Positions 22,691 to 37,890 of a DNA stretch of 64,000 bases are shown here, piece by piece. The stretch's first letter is position 1, and every line of letters begins with the position of its first letter. The translations under genes and the position numbers were made by a program. Source of the DNA: Rhizophagus irregularis (Eukaryota); contig NC_089435.1 in the NCBI RefSeq assembly GCF_026210795.1, positions 2,666,001 to 2,730,000 on the forward strand, in the 5' to 3' direction. The notes beneath the pieces are model-generated. The model was not told the DNA's origin. It saw nothing but the letters and a program-made list of their open reading frames with translations, and did no database searches.

Positions 22691-25600
22691 AGTAATTTAA
22701 TATGTATGACATACTGTATCTACCTAATTTTAAAAATTTTGTGTTTCTATTATTATTTACACAATTTGCACGTAATCTTATATTTCTTTAACTTGCGTGA
22801 CCATTTGTATTTTTTCCTGCAATAATAAAAATATATATATATAAATTTGCTAATGTTCATTAAGATCAAAAATAGAAAAATAATTATTTAGACTTTCATT
22901 TAAGGCTTCCATATCATTCATTCGATCTTGAATTATCGAATTAACCAAATAGCCGTAAATACTTTCAATTTGAACTTCAGTTAAAACCATTTATTAGTGG
23001 AAAAAAAAAAATTACATGTTATACAAACTAATGAATAATTTATGTAAAAAAAACTTACTCGATAGAATATTTCTTTGTACTTTACATTCCCCTATATGCC
23101 ATTTCATTCTCTAAATTATTATTTTCAAGGTACTAATACAAAAAAAAGGTAACAACACACCAGGCGGCATTATGTAATTCTGGTGCGTGGAGTTAATATT
23201 AAAATAAGCGTAATTATGATTATTTATCCTATGTTGCAAATCAGACGAAATCCACATTAATCACGGTGTTTGTACGACAGATTAATTTCTTTTACAAAAT
23301 ATTTTTGAACACATACTTGTTATATTTGCCAAAATATAGCAACGGAAAAAATAATTCACAATATAACAAAAAATTGAAATTAGATTTTTGTGAAGGAAAT
23401 GGGTGACTTGGATATTTAAGATAAAAAAAGGATTTTGTTTGGTGGGTAAATTATACGTAAAGATTAATGGTCGCAAATTCTTAAAGTGACCGAAGACAAG
23501 TAGGATGTTAAATTAATTAAGCTAACTTATGCTGGTCACAAAATTCCATGCAGGTACTGTATAATCGAAGAAATGAAAACGTAAATAAAAAATGAGCAAT
23601 TTTTGTTGAATATATAATATTAAATATCAATTTTTTTTAAAAAAAATACTAACAAATTCATCTGGTTTAATATCAAAATAAATAAATAAATAGATTTTAG
23701 GAATAATGCAAGGATACCCTTTGACGACCAGCCAGGATTTCACTTTCTTATCAACAAGGGACCAGCCGTACCACATACTTGTAAAGAAATAATTGTCAAC
23801 ACCGTTCAGTTCTTAAGATCAAATTATCATATTGAAATCATTGGTCCATTTATAAAAGTTAGCAGATAACGCGTTTGTATTCTTTATTTAATTTTTATTT
23901 TACTTCAGAGAAATACATTATCAGTAACGACTACTGGAGGTTACATAATTTAATTCGGAATAGTACAAAATTAAACTGTAAAAAAGTCACCCTAGGATGA
24001 CTTTTCTCCGTTGGAAGGGGAAGTCGGACTAGCTATAATGCACTACATTAAATATTACAGCTCTCACCAGGGCGTGTGAAATAAAAACTATGTAATAATC
24101 ATCTAAATGAATGATTAATAATCGCTCGAATCCAATGTATTGTTCTTTCATTCTAAAAAAATAAAAAAAGGGAAATGAAAAAAGGTTAGGATGCTATATG
24201 CACATACTGTCAGGTAGAGTGGTACAGTTATGATAGGCCTGATATTGTTTTTATTTTGGTACGGAAATAATTGTCCATGTGCTGAAGTGTGAGCGGAAAC
24301 GTAATAGTTTCCGCTTGTATACTAACAGTACTGTCACTGATGTATCATTATCGGAGTGTGGAGTTCTTTTGAAGGAACAAATCTGGTTGTGAAAGTAATT
24401 TGCTGTCTTGTTCTGAAATATCGAAGAAAGTATCGTCTAGTACTGTAACACCTTCGATGATCGCCGCAGTGATCACCATGTGAGATATCTGCACGTTCAT
24501 AAAAATCGGGTAAGCTGCTACAATCGTAGCGTTTCTTTATTTGGGGTTGAACTCATCTAGTACTGAGAGGAAGTGTAGGTTAAGGTAATTTCCGTTGATT
24601 CTTCTTCTTTTTTTACGGCGTTTCCAATTTTTGAAGGTTTTACGGACTTGGCAGTTTCCGTATTATGGCGTGAACCATGAACTTTTCACTATTTCTCAAG
24701 GCACATGTTGAATTCGTTTAATAATAGTAGGATTAATTTTCTTATTCCTTGTATGCAAGAGAAAAATGGTTTAATCTATTATTCGAGGATTCTTATTGAC
24801 GATTCCATCTTTCCTTTTGTTGTTGAGAACGAACTGACATATCGTCGCAGTCGACACACAGAAAAAATCTTCGAAGGTTTGTTGTTGTTCTTGATTATAG
24901 TACCGTTGTTGAACGTTGTTGAGAAATGTGGGTGTTGTTTAGAGTAAAAATAAAGTGAATAGTAAATAATAAAATTTATATAGGATACGGAATAAAAGAT
25001 ATAAAATATGAATAGTGACTCGAATTATTAAGTAATTTGATAATTATAATAACACAAGTAAACTAATTAATTAAATTTGATATTAAAAATAAATAGATTT
25101 AAAAGTTGTAGACTATAGACATATTGATAAAATAATTATTTAACTATACATTAAAATGAAGATGTTTACAAAATGTTATTAATTTATTACATGACTGTAC
25201 AATCAGTAATGGCCTTCGGCTTTTCAGTGACTTCAGCAGTTGCGATAGATGGAATGGATAATTTAATGGTAACTTCGGTTTGATTCATTTTGTTAGAAAA
25301 TTTTAATTTTAAAAGTTTGAATTATGTGAAAACTATCAAAATTTTTTTTCTTTTTTTCTTTTTTCTATTTTTTTTTTTTAATTGAATTTTAATTATTTTT
25401 CTTCAATATGAAAATTTTTCGCTTATTTATATCTTTTTCATAGATTTCAAAGGATTTGTGTGCATTACCGTGTTTGGAAATATAAAACGTCAAATTTATG
25501 TAGATCACACTTTTTAGACTTTTTGAAACAAGACACCTAAATCATGTATCAATAATATACAATAGATTTTTCATTTAGACAATATTTCAATATTTTTAAT

Positions 25601-25703
25601 ATTATTTTTCACTATGATTCTGTGTTAACAATATTTTTAAAATTCAGTATGAGTATTGTCTTAAAATACCATTTTATTGTAAAATATTGTCCAGAGCGAA
25701 TGC

Positions 25704-25925
25704 AGCCGATTATGACTAAATAATATAATTATATTATTTAGTCATAATCGGCTTAGACTAGGTTATTTAGTAATAAATAACCTAGATATAACTAAATAAT
25801 ATAAATATAACTAAATGATTTAAATATAACTAAATAATCTAGATATAACTAAATAATTTAAATACAACTAAATAATCTAAAAGTAATAACCTGAATATGA
25901 TTAAATAATCTAATTAAATAACTTA
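25704..25925. repeat. Perfect 50-bp palindrome (25704-25753) followed by degenerate ~22-bp tandem repeats
   Basis: AGCCGATTATGACTAAATAATATAA/TTATATTATTTAGTCATAATCGGCT, then repeated ATATAACTAAATAAT. Confidence 0.85.
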
Positions 25926-26859
25926 AGTGAGACGATTTTTTTATACCATCTTATTTTTCCTACTATATTTCTTACCTTTGAAATTGCTTGTCAAGACCTT
26001 TTCCTATTTATTATTTGAGATCATGTGATTAAATAATCTAAATATAACTATGACCAAATAATCTGAATGCTTCTATTTTCATTACATACTGTGTTAATAA
26101 ATGGGTTCCACTATAATTTATGTTACTGATTCTTTGTAGGTCAACTTCTATGAGGGTGTTCCACTATACCATTTTGAGATCCGGCTTTTATAATGAAGAT
26201 TCTGACTCACTGTGCCAGTTTTAGGACCAATTTCTATGCTAAGTTTTATGGCGCCTATTTGGTTTTGCCGAAATGATGTAAAAAATATTACGTCAGGTGG
26301 CGCAGTAAATTTGCGTTTAATTTTGGCTGACACTATATCATAATTCTGGCCGATCTTTAGGACATGTGATTCGAGGATCCAGCTTGGCACTATGGAACTA
26401 TCGTGAAACTGGTAGGGAACTGTCATGGAACTTGCAGGGAGCCAGAGATGTTCTATTAGTTTGCCAGTTTTATGCCAGCTTGGGTGCCGAATTATTATAT
26501 CCAAAGTTCTGGCTGAAATTATTGAATAGTGCTGGTCAAAATTAAACGAAACTTTACTGCACCTTTTTTTCTAATATGGGTTGCGAGAAAATACATATAT
26601 TATTAGGAGAGTCATTTGATAGTGCTCCCAGAGGAGCAGAGGGCTCAATGACAGGTGATTCTTTGCGCATATATTGTTAATTTACTGTGCCTAAAGTTTT
26701 TGTGATACTTTACACATATATTGTTAGAAGAATCATATGATAGTAATCCCAAAGGGCTCTGTGTCAAGTTATACTCCATACATAGTTTGTTTTATTAATA
26801 TTAAAAATATTAATAATAAATTAATTATATATTTATATTAATTATTAATATTATAAATA

Positions 26860-28315
26860 ATTTACCTTTAAATGTTTGGCCATTGTACATCCAATATCAT
26901 ACATAACATTAATTTGTGATCCAAATTTATCTAAAATATTACTTAATAAAAATAAAGAATATACTAATCTAATAATATAACAATAATTAATAATATAATA
27001 TTTATTTAAAAATAAATACCTTTCTCTTGTTTTTATATTAAAAATTTCATTGGAATTCCATGTTTACATGTTGTACCAACAACTCCACTAATATCCAATG
27101 CATTTGAAAGTATTATAGAATTTTTTTCATTTGCTGCCTTAAAAGCTTTCATACATGGATCATTTTCTTAACATATTGTTAATTATTTAATATTTAATTT
27201 AAATTCAACTTTTTAATATTTATTAATCAAAATTTACCCCAGAACTTTCTTTTTGTAAATATTGTAAATATAATTTTTCAAAATCAAATAAAATATTTAG
27301 AATAATAATCTTCTTCTGTATTATCATTTCCACCAATTTTTAATCGTCGTAATTGGAAACATCCATCAAAACATACAGTTAATCTATTTAAAGAACCTGA
27401 ATTACATGAATTTTTCTAAATAAAATATAAGTATATGTAATTATTTATATTAAGAATATCAATAAATACTTACTAATGGACATGCAGGACAGAGTTTCTT
27501 AACCACTTGTTCTTAATTTTTTCTTTTTTAACTAATATATATTGTCTAAAAGTAGACATAAAAGGTTTATAAATATTTTTATGGCTACTAAGCTATAAAT
27601 TTTAATTAAATATCATTAATAATTAAATATTGTTAAAAATGTTAAAATTCATTTATACATACTTTATTATCATGAATATGTCTTAAAGCAATACAAAACT
27701 TTCATATGATATTTGTGCTAATAGAAGTAGTTTTTCTGCAAATTCCAATAATTTTATTTCAAATGCAATTAATGGATTTATAGGAGAAGCAGGAAATAAT
27801 GTTCTGCGTGTTAACGCAACTGTTCACAATTACACAAATTGAATTGTTTTTTAATTTCATCTAGAAACAAATAAATAAATAAATTAATAAAATTTTTATA
27901 AATATTTACAAATAACAATTAACTTACGTTCAAAATAAATACAATCGACTGTAATTATTTTAAATAGTTCATTATTATAACATTTTCCATAAAGACATAT
28001 ATTTTCTTCAACATTACATTGACTTTCCAACTCAATTAACGCGTCTTTAAGTTGAACACGAATTGACTGCCAGGATTTATTCAAACGAGTTTGCTTTTCT
28101 CTATAAATACTATCATCACTATCAACAGGTATACTTTCATCAATAAAATCATCATTAACATCATCATCATCACTTTGTTGCAAATTAAATTCGGTAGGAT
28201 TTGAATCATAAGTTTGTTCAAGAAATATAGGTTGAAGTATTGGAATTTCAGTATTGCGAGTAAATGCTCGTGATTTACTATATTTGATACCACGAGGTTT
28301 TATAGTACGAGGCAT
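26860..28315 (-). pseudogene. KDZ (Kyakuja-Dileera-Zisupton) transposase relic with CxC domain; intron-rich and truncated
   Basis: Exon fragments translate to LFPASPINPLIAF, LCPACP, VCFDGCFQLRRL, LDISGVVGTTCKHGIP and NVMYDIGC. Confidence 0.8.
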
Positions 28316-28749
28316 TTTGCCAAAAAAGTTTTTGATTCAGTCTCCTAAAAAGAAAGAAAATGTTTAACATACTTAAAAAACAACAAAGAATTTCTTTTCC
28401 GTCAGAAAAGTGAAAAAACTTACCAACTAATGTCAATAAAAATTTTGTTAAAAAAAGAATAGGTATATATTAAAAAAACCAGAAATTCCTAAGTAGTTTT
28501 ATTCTCAGTTTTTTCAACGTTTAATTAAGTGCCGAAGTGTAGATTTTTTTTCGTTGGTGCCGATTATAATTAATTGCACGTGATTAGCTCAAAATCAAAT
28601 GACTCATCAGTGGGGTTTTGGTACGACCTTTCAGCCTTTTATAGGTCATGATCAGCGGGTGAATGAGGTCATCTCATCAATAATAGTCTCATCAATACAG
28701 TAGTCTCATCACACAATCTTGTCTTCCTTTTATCTTCATAACATTCATA

Positions 28750-29218
28750 ATGCCACAAATTCGCCAAATTCGTCAAGCTTCACTTAATACAATATTACGC
28801 GAAATACAAAGTGTTACACTAGGTTAGATACATTATTGAGGAAACTATTAATGATGTTAAAGAAACTATTAATGATGTTAAGGAAACTATTCGCGCTCGT
28901 ATGTATATTATTTCATTCCCAATAAAAATAAATTTAAAAATGTTACTAATTTTTAATTTTTTTTAGAGGAACTTCGTTTCGCGGGAAGAACAAAAAATTC
29001 TATTATTACTCGTGGGAACGTTCAAAACATTGAACCCTTATTCGTCGATTCAGGTCATTTGCCTATGAATTATCTGACTACAAGACACGAACTAAGGTCA
29101 CTAAATGGAGAAGAAGTACGCGAATTACTTACGCTTATTATATAAGAATAGGTGATAATGAAACTGAGAACGGGCAGAGAAACAAAGCTCGCAACGTTCT
29201 TAGGCATTTTTAACTTTA
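28750..29218 (+). pseudogene. Small frameshifted two-exon gene, Mug135-C-like, divergent from the KDZ relic
   Basis: MPQIRQIRQASL..., short 21-bp repeats, intron GTATG..TAG, then RTKNS..IEPLF..GHLP..TRHELRSL..VRELL; family call is by eye only. Confidence 0.4.
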
Positions 29219-31369
29219 ATTATATGATATAGTCAATCACTATTTTTATTTAGCTTTACCGCTTTGCTGTCAAAATTATTCATTAATGCATATGTAACTA
29301 GATAATAACGCTTTGCTGTCAATTATTCATTAATGCACATGTAACTAGTAACTACTATAGATAATAATTCTATATAATTATATTGCAAAATAATAAAAAA
29401 AACAGCTTTTTTTAATGCAAATAAAAAGCTTACTTTACGATATGGATAATAGAGCAGTAATGGACCTCCTATCGATTATGTACACTAATAATATTCTGAT
29501 CGTTAAAGAACGTGTATTAATAGATGAAATCTTAATTCATGATCAGTAAATTAGATTGCCCACGAAGATCTGGCTTGTTATGCAACTATATCTGCAGACC
29601 TTTAGTGCATGAGAACGAGATAGGTGCGTTAATTTCGGGATTCTCATTCTAATGTTTCGGACTAATATTACTTTTTTTCAAATCGGAGAATGTATAAGTA
29701 GGATTGTAGGAAGTGGATGAGAGAGATTATTATTTCATTTCTCCTTACAATTCATCACTATAGCCAGTGAACCATCATCCACCACTATAATCAGCGAACT
29801 TTTGACCAGCGCTTCTGAAATTCAAACAGATACTTCTGAGCCTTCTCAACTCGAAGTACTTGCATTAAATTATCTTCGAAATCAAGAGATTTCAACTATC
29901 CCCAGCAGAATTCCGAAACTCAATCCTTGCAGTATTTTCCAAAGAGTAATCCTAAAATTCCGATTACCTTTTCCACCGCCAATGTCTTGAGAGATATATT
30001 ATGCAAGCAGAAACAGAACCAGGATTCGGTCACTATTCCTATTTGATACTTCAGTGTAGGTCATTATCCCTTTGAGAATCATAGCTTAATGGTCAATCCA
30101 GATTGAAAAATAATATACGTACGGGAAATCATGATGGATTGACATTGATAAAAATTTCTTTCAAAGAAAAAATGCTCTTAAACAAGTGATATAAATAAGC
30201 TAACTCTCTTACACGTTAATGGCATATACTGTAACAATTTGAACATTATTCATAACAATCATAATTTAGTCATGAGTCATAATTATATAATTTACATTGC
30301 ATTTTTCTTATTTTTCAATCAATTTTTAATTTATCATTATTTAACAACTCTACTAATAAAAAAAAATTAATTCCATCCTTTTTTACATAGGTTCTCAGAT
30401 TCAGAATGCGACATTTTCACCGAGCAGAAAAGAAAACCCACTATCATTTTCTTTAGAAAGGATCTACAGTATAAAAAAAAAGATACGAAATATTTATTAA
30501 CAATTTACTACTTAATTTTGAATAATAAATCATACATTTTTCTAATAAATAAATAAAATAATTAAATTATGTTTGTAATATGAAAAAAATTACGAAAAGT
30601 TTGTTTCATTGTAGCATCCGTTTTCTTTCGTCTGTTATGAATTTAGAACTTAATTCTTCTTGATATAATAAAATTTCGGTTAGCTTTGAAGGATGGATCT
30701 CCCAAAAATCCTGACCATAATATCGACAGTCTGAAATTCAAATCCCGATTTAAATTAAAATCCTGATATAGTCACAGTCTTGATGATCTAAAGTCAAACC
30801 CTGAAATTCAACCGGATAAATTTGAGATTGGTTAACGTTAATTTTCAATGCGATTGTTTCTAATTTAAAAGACAACCGTTGAACTTTTCAATCTCGTGCT
30901 ATGACATTTATTTTACCTTTGCATTTTACCTTCAGAATAGTGTTTAATTAATATCCTAAAATCAAAAATGTCTCCTGAAGCAAATGATGTGGCTCAATTA
31001 TTTGAAGAAAATTATATTTATGAAAAATAAGATGACAAATTTGAAATGGTAATGTAATTCGTGCATCATAGTCAGTTTATGATTCATTTAAAACAATTTC
31101 GGTAATATGAAAACAATTTGCGTTTTAAAATACTAATCAAATTATAACGATATATTTGACACGATACTGCGCCTGCGCCACAGCGTTTTTAAAAATTATA
31201 CACTTATTGGAAAATAACTTCTGGATTTTAACTGTTAAATTTACGACTATCGGGATGTTGATTCAACCGGAATTTGTTGGGATTGTTGAGATTATTGTAT
31301 TAAGATTATAGACTGTCGATATTATAGTTGTCAGGATTTTGTGGTAAACCCTTGCAGATTCGCAGAATA

Positions 31370-31509
31370 CAGTCTAACCTCGATATACCGATATACTATT
31401 AAAAACTTGATATACCAATAAAATTTTATTTTCCCACTATATGTGAGGACATATAAATATCGGTATAACTTTGATATAACGATATTTCCTCATATCGTTA
31501 TATAAACTG
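31370..31509. mobile_element. Tc1/pogo-like MITE
   Basis: TA|CAGT...ACTG|TA with degenerate TIRs and repeated CGATAT motifs. Confidence 0.55.
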
Positions 31510-31627
31510 TAATAGATTTTTCTGATTATATGACAAGATAATGAACGATTTTTGGTAATTAGTGCATTGTCTATAAATAGATTTAAATAAATATGACTAG
31601 ATTAACATAAACTTTGTTATGAAATAT

Positions 31628-31742
31628 GGGCTGCCGTAGACGCAAAAAGTATATACAAAAATTATTTAAATATACAAAAGTGATCATTTGAATATACAAA
31701 AATATATAACTTTTGTATATACTTTTGCGTCTACGGCGGCCC
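31628..31742. mobile_element. MITE with ~33-bp TIRs
   Basis: GGGCTGCCGTAGACGCAAAAAGTATATACAAAA...TTTTGTATATACTTTTGCGTCTACGGCGGCCC. Confidence 0.85.
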
Positions 31743-33017
31743 ATAATATAAATCACGGAACGACTTTTTTTATAGGGTGTTTGGATCTCATTACACCATT
31801 TTAGATTTTTAGTATAAATCCATCTAGCCAAATTTATAAATGGTGCTAAAACCACCCTCAGTAAAATATCTTAATCTATTATAAGGAATCCATTCTATAC
31901 CTTCAAATCGATTTCTTGCACTCAGTTGAGCTTCTTGGATAAATTTGTTAACGTATTTATTTTCACTAGTTCATTTAATAAAATCATGTTAAAATGTTTT
32001 ACTATTGCCAATTATAATCAGTTTTTAGTCGTTCACAATTGGAACACAAACCTTTTTTGTTCGTATTTATTCAAAGTATTTAAATTGTCATTTTTTGAAA
32101 TTTTTAAATCTTTTAAACATACTATTTGAAGGATACGGTATGTAGAGTAAAGAATACTTCTTGCAAAATAATTTTTCAAATTGATTGGCGTTATATTTAT
32201 TTATTTCTAGATTTTGTCTCAACTTTATTAAATGATTATATTATATCCCTTATTTTGTATTCATTTTGCGATTTTGCGTTCATTTTTGCGATTTTACGTT
32301 CATTTTTGCGTATCAATGAGATTTATTTTGGTAAAGAAAGGTAACGACAACGTACAAAATTCCCGGATAATTTTCCGAGTAGAATTCACGATATAAATAC
32401 ATTATGCAAAAAATAAATTTTCGTAATTCTTGTTGTGATTATACTTCTTTACCAGACTAAATTCATTATAGTTTGTCATGGTAAAATGACGACTGGATCA
32501 TTATCTTTTTTTTACGATGAAACTGATAATTTAGTATTTATATTTTTAATGCAATAGATGTCATTGAACTAACTAATATACAATAATCTAGTTCATTTTT
32601 TTGTATAAAACGAATTTATCAACACTACATATTTATCACCTGGCCCGCACCAAGTTAATTTTTGCCGATATTACAGATATTTTGATTTATTAACTGAAAG
32701 AATGTAACTAAAATTACTCACTGTAAAAAATGTTGATCCGTGTTTTATATTTCCATGTTTTTTTCCGGGAATGTATCATTTTCATGGAATTTATAGCCTT
32801 AAATCATGAAAATTTTCATCTCTATAAACATGAATATCCATAAATATCCGTGAATGTACCATTTTCACGGAATTTTTACGAATGCCAGGGGAACATCGGT
32901 GTACAGCAGTATATGGAGTATTTATTAGATACCCATGGAATAACGATACACCGATGGATTTTATACTTTTTTATACTTTTTTTTATACCGGTGGAGTAAT
33001 TTACATCGGTGTATACT

Positions 33018-33221
33018 TGCCGTCGGAATTAATTATGGCATATGAAGCTTATATTAAATCGCCGTAATGCCGTAATTATTTAAAAATGCCAAATATACAA
33101 AAATTACACAATTATGCCATAGATAATTTGTAATCCGTAAGTCTTATAATGATGATGATCTTAAAGGGTAAAATACAACATTTCGTAATACCGTAATTTC
33201 AATTCGGCAATTCCGACGGCA
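33018..33221. mobile_element. MITE-like inverted repeat, apparently nested in a CATCGGTGTA-rich element
   Basis: TGCCGTCGGAATT...AATTCCGACGGCA; CATCGGTGTA on both sides. Confidence 0.45.
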
Positions 33222-34919
33222 CCTAAAAAACATCGGTGTATACATAATACCGAATATTATTTACATAATAAAGCGTAATACAAAAGACGATCAAAATGAC
33301 ATAATGATTTCCCGGAAGTTCGGTGTTCGGATTTTTAATAAGCATTTAAAAGTTCCTTATTATGTTAGCACAACGCAGTACAATTTATCATAAAGAAATC
33401 AGTCACTAAATAAATTATCAGAATAAATAATGTAATGTGAGTGTAACCTAAATTAACCATTATAAGTTAATCAATTAAATCGTAACACATTTGAAACCCA
33501 AACGGGGACCATTAATAGAAAAAAAAAAAATTTTTTTTCTTATTATTTTTGTGAATTTTTTTCTATTTATACATTATTTTTTTTTTATCTCCGTGAAAAC
33601 TCCGGATTTGGCGATAACCGATTTACAATACATATAAACTTCTTTTAGTTCTTAAATTCGAAGTCAAAAAAAAAAAAAAAAAAAAAATGTGAAAATGAAG
33701 AAATGATAAAAAATTATTTGATGCCTTTTAATGTAACTAAAGTAAATTGTTGACGTGCATATAATATATTCGTACAAAAATTTAAGTTAATAATTACAAT
33801 ATAACTTTATAATACTATTGGAAAAAGAAAAATGTATTGATTACCTGAATAAGAGATATTTGTTAAATAAACCTGCGTAAAATACTTTACTTTATTTGGT
33901 AATTTTTATTACAGGGAAATATATGATTTGTTTGTAATGTTTTGCATTAAGAAATATTTTCATATTTTCGGAATTTTTTTTTTTACGGTAAAGAATCTCC
34001 TCGTATCATTTCCAAACCTGTCATTCTATTAATAGATTTTGAACCTTTTAGTAATCGGATTTTTTTTCCTTTTACTTTTTCGGTATTTTCATTGTTATTT
34101 AATAATTTAAGGTTCCAAAAGATTAATTCATCAGGATCTAAAACATGTTCAATAAATAAAAATCATTTGATGTAATTAAAAATAAAATGATGATGTTAAA
34201 ATACCTGATTTATTATTCATTTAGGGAATTTTGGTCCTTTATAAATAAAACAATCAGGTTTATTAATGCAACTATAGATTAAATATAGCATATCAAAAAA
34301 GTATTTAAAATTCCGCCCTAAGCCAAATAAAAAAAAAAATTATTATATTTTTCAATTTACCCTTATTTGGTATCTTTTTTTATTTTTCTAATCGGATGAA
34401 CGATGCCTTTATATTATTTAAAGTAAAAAAAAAAAATTTTAAATTTCACTTTTTTTTTTTTTTGTAACTATTTCAACTTATTTCACACTTTTTTTCTTTT
34501 TTGTACAATTTCACTACATTTTATTATTAAAACGATTTTTTAAAACAAACATTCACAAATCTTAAAAAATTTTTACGTTCCGCAATTACTTATCTTACGT
34601 CTTACGTATGTATTTTATTGTTTATCGATAAAAAAACAAAATAAAAAAACCATTCCGAATGTATTAAAATAAATATATATTTTGTATTATTTTATTTTTT
34701 CTTTCCTCTATTAAAAAAATTTATTTTTTTTTCTTTTCTTTTCTTTTCTTTTCTATCAAGTATAATATTTTTATGAATACAACGAAAAATTTTCTTGAAA
34801 TATTGGATTTTTTTTTAAAAAAATAATAACTTTGCTCTATATAAATAAAATAAAATAAATAAAAACCTTATTTTTTAAATTTATATATATATTTTCTAAT
34901 AGTTGATATTGTATTTAAT

Positions 34920-35065
34920 CCCATAGTCAATATACTTCCATAATCGATATATCTTCCATAGTCGATATATCTTTCATAGTCGATATATCTTTCATAGTCG
35001 ATATTATCTTCATAGTCGATATTACTTTCATAGTCGATATTGTCCATAGTCGATATATCGATATT
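34920..35065. repeat. 18-bp minisatellite upstream of the TPR gene
   Basis: About 7 copies of CATAGTCGATATATCTTT-like units. Confidence 0.85.
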
Positions 35066-35128
35066 CATTCCACATTTTTAAAGTAATTATTCCGCACTTA
35101 CACCTACTCATACTGATAGTGTACAAAA

Positions 35129-37890
35129 ATGGAACAAGTAAGACAATTTAGACGTCATACAACTTCGATTGCAAGAAATTCAAGTTATGAAGCAAATGAA
35201 GTAAGTTATCTAATCATCTTTTCCTTTACATTTTATTATTATCATATTCCTTTATTTACGTCATGCTGCGTCTACTTTCGTAGTTTTATCGTAGTCCCGA
35301 AGTCATAAATCCTATGTTAATTCGACCACGTCGTGCATCAGAACCTGATAGTCAAGCATCACAACCATTCGTTACATCATTATCATCTTCTCTAACACAA
35401 GATTCACCTTTAAATGACGACAATTTTAATAAAAGCCTTGGCGACGTCAATAATAGTCTAAACAACCTCAACATCAATAAATCCATCATCAACAACAACA
35501 ACATCAACATCAACAAAAAACTCAACGTCAACATTAATAATAATGGTAGTGTTAGTACTGGTGGTGCTTCTACAACAACAACATTTGTTAATATTAATTC
35601 TACTACAAATCAAGTTCCTGTAATAAGTCGTAAATTTACTAAATCTACTTTTAGTGGTTTTAGTAGGATAGGCGGTAATGGCGGTAATCATAATCATAAT
35701 CATCATAATCATCAAAATCATCATCAACAACATCAACATCAACAATATAGCAGTAGTAGTAGTAGTTCTAATAATACTATTAGTACAAATAGTAATAATA
35801 CTACCATCTCTTCTTCTTCCATTGATAATAATTATAAATCTGAAATTCCTCCTTATAAAATGTCCTCCTTAAATATTTCAAATAATGATTTAAATACTCA
35901 GAATAATCATCAAACTAAATTAAAGAAATTCTTTACAAAATCAAAAAAAGACAATCCTCAACTATCAAAAGCTCATGAATTGATGGAACAAAAAAATTTT
36001 CATGAATCAATAATATATTATACGAGAGTATTGGATAAACATCCCGGTTCTTATTCTGCAAGATGTGATAGGGCTTACGCTTATCATCAAATGTTTAAAT
36101 GGAATTCTGCTTTACAAGATTTAGGTATTGCAATTCAACGTCATCCTCAAAAACCAAGAGCTTACGCTTTAAGAGGTGAAGTTTATAGATTAATGGAAAA
36201 ATTTGATATGGCCATGATAGATTTATCAAAATCCTTAAAATTACAACAAAATGCTTTCGCTTTTAGGGCTAGAGCTGAAGTTAATTGTTCTTTGGCAAAA
36301 TATGCTGAGGCTATTAGTGATTTTAATTCTGCTTTAAATTTAGAACCAAATAATTCTTATACTTTAACTCGTCGTTCAAAAGTTTATTGTAATTTAAAAT
36401 TATTCCCTGAAGCTTTAGATGATTTAGATAATGTTTTAATGTTGGATCCTAGAAATACTTCTTCCACTTTGGCTAATCGTGGTGAAGTTTATCGTCTTAT
36501 AGGTAGATTTGATATGGCTTTGGCTGATTTAAATAGTGCTTTGGAAAGGGAAGAAAATAATACTTTAGCGTTAGAAAGGAGGGGTGCCCTTTTTAGACAA
36601 ATGGGTAAAAATGTTGAAGCTTTAATGGATTTTGATAATATACTAAAATTGAACCCTAAATCTGTTTTTGGTCATAAGAATCGTGGTGAAATTTATCAAG
36701 CTTTAGGAAATTTAAATGAAGCACTTTATAATTTTGATGAAGCTTTAAAATTAGAAAGGGATAATTTATCTTTACTTAAACATAGAAGTGAAATACATCG
36801 TTTACTTGGAAATTATCAATCCGCTATTAACGATCTTAATCATGCATTAAGTATTGAACCTAATGATGCTTTCTTATTAAGGGGTAGAGGTGAAGTGTAT
36901 CGTTTAATTCAATGTTTTGACTTATCTTTAACAGATTTCGATAAAGCTCTTGAAATAGATCCTGGTAATGCTTTTGCTCTAACAAGTCGTGGTGAAGTTT
37001 ATAGAATGTTAAGAAAAGGTGCCGAAGCTTTAAATGATTTAGATAATGCCATAACTCTTATACCTAATAATTTACTGGCGCGTGAGAGTAGAGGTGCTTT
37101 AAATAGAACATTTCGTAGATATGAAGAAGCTTTACGTGATTTAGATTACGCCTTACAATTAAAACCTTCTAGTGTGTTCGCTTTGGCGAATCGTGGAGCT
37201 ATTTATTATATGTTGAGTAGATATTATGAAGCTCAAATTGATTTGGATAAAGCGTTAGAATATGATCCTAATCACGCTTTTACCTTGGAAACACGTGGCG
37301 CTTTATATAATACTCTTGGAAAATACGATAAAGCTTTATCAGATTTAGATAGAGCGTTATCGATTGAACCTGAAAATAGTTGGGCTTTATGTTATAGAGG
37401 TGAAGTACTATTCACTTTGGAAAAATATGATGAGGCTTTAGAAGATTTAAATAGGGTGTTGGATTTACAACCAAATTGGTGTTATCCACTTTCGGTTCGT
37501 GGTGCATTATATCGTTCCCTTGGATGTTATACAAAAGCATTAGAAGATTTAACAAGTAGTTTACGTAACGCTAAAGATAGAGCGTATAATATTAAATATG
37601 AGAATAAAGCTTTATTAAATCGTGGTAGTGTATATAGGATAATTGGTAAATTTGATGAGGCTTTAATAGATTTTAATAAGGCCTTATTAAGAGATCCTAA
37701 TAATATTTTTGGGTTATGTGAAAGGAGTTATGTTTATTATTCATTAGAAATGTATGATTACGCTTTATTGGATATTAATGTAGTATTGGTTATTGATCCT
37801 CACAATAGTTTTGCTCAAAATCTAAAAAGTAAAGTGGAATTTGCTCAAAACGATAAAAATTTAAATGACGACAATAAAGACAATTTTTAA
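35129..37890 (+). CDS. TPR-repeat protein with N/S/H/Q-rich disordered N-terminus; exons 35129-35200 and 35284-37890
   Basis: About 18 34-aa repeats (RGEVYR..G...AL.D...AL...P); upstream exon MEQVRQ..ANE splices in frame via GTAAGT..TAG. Confidence 0.9.

Noticed and set aside
23700..25290. Possible decayed minus-strand gene
   Set aside because: Coding-like composition, but stops in all frames tried and no recognisable motif
29802..29990. Remnant of a RING-like gene family
   Set aside because: Only a short fragment without a complete Cys/His pattern
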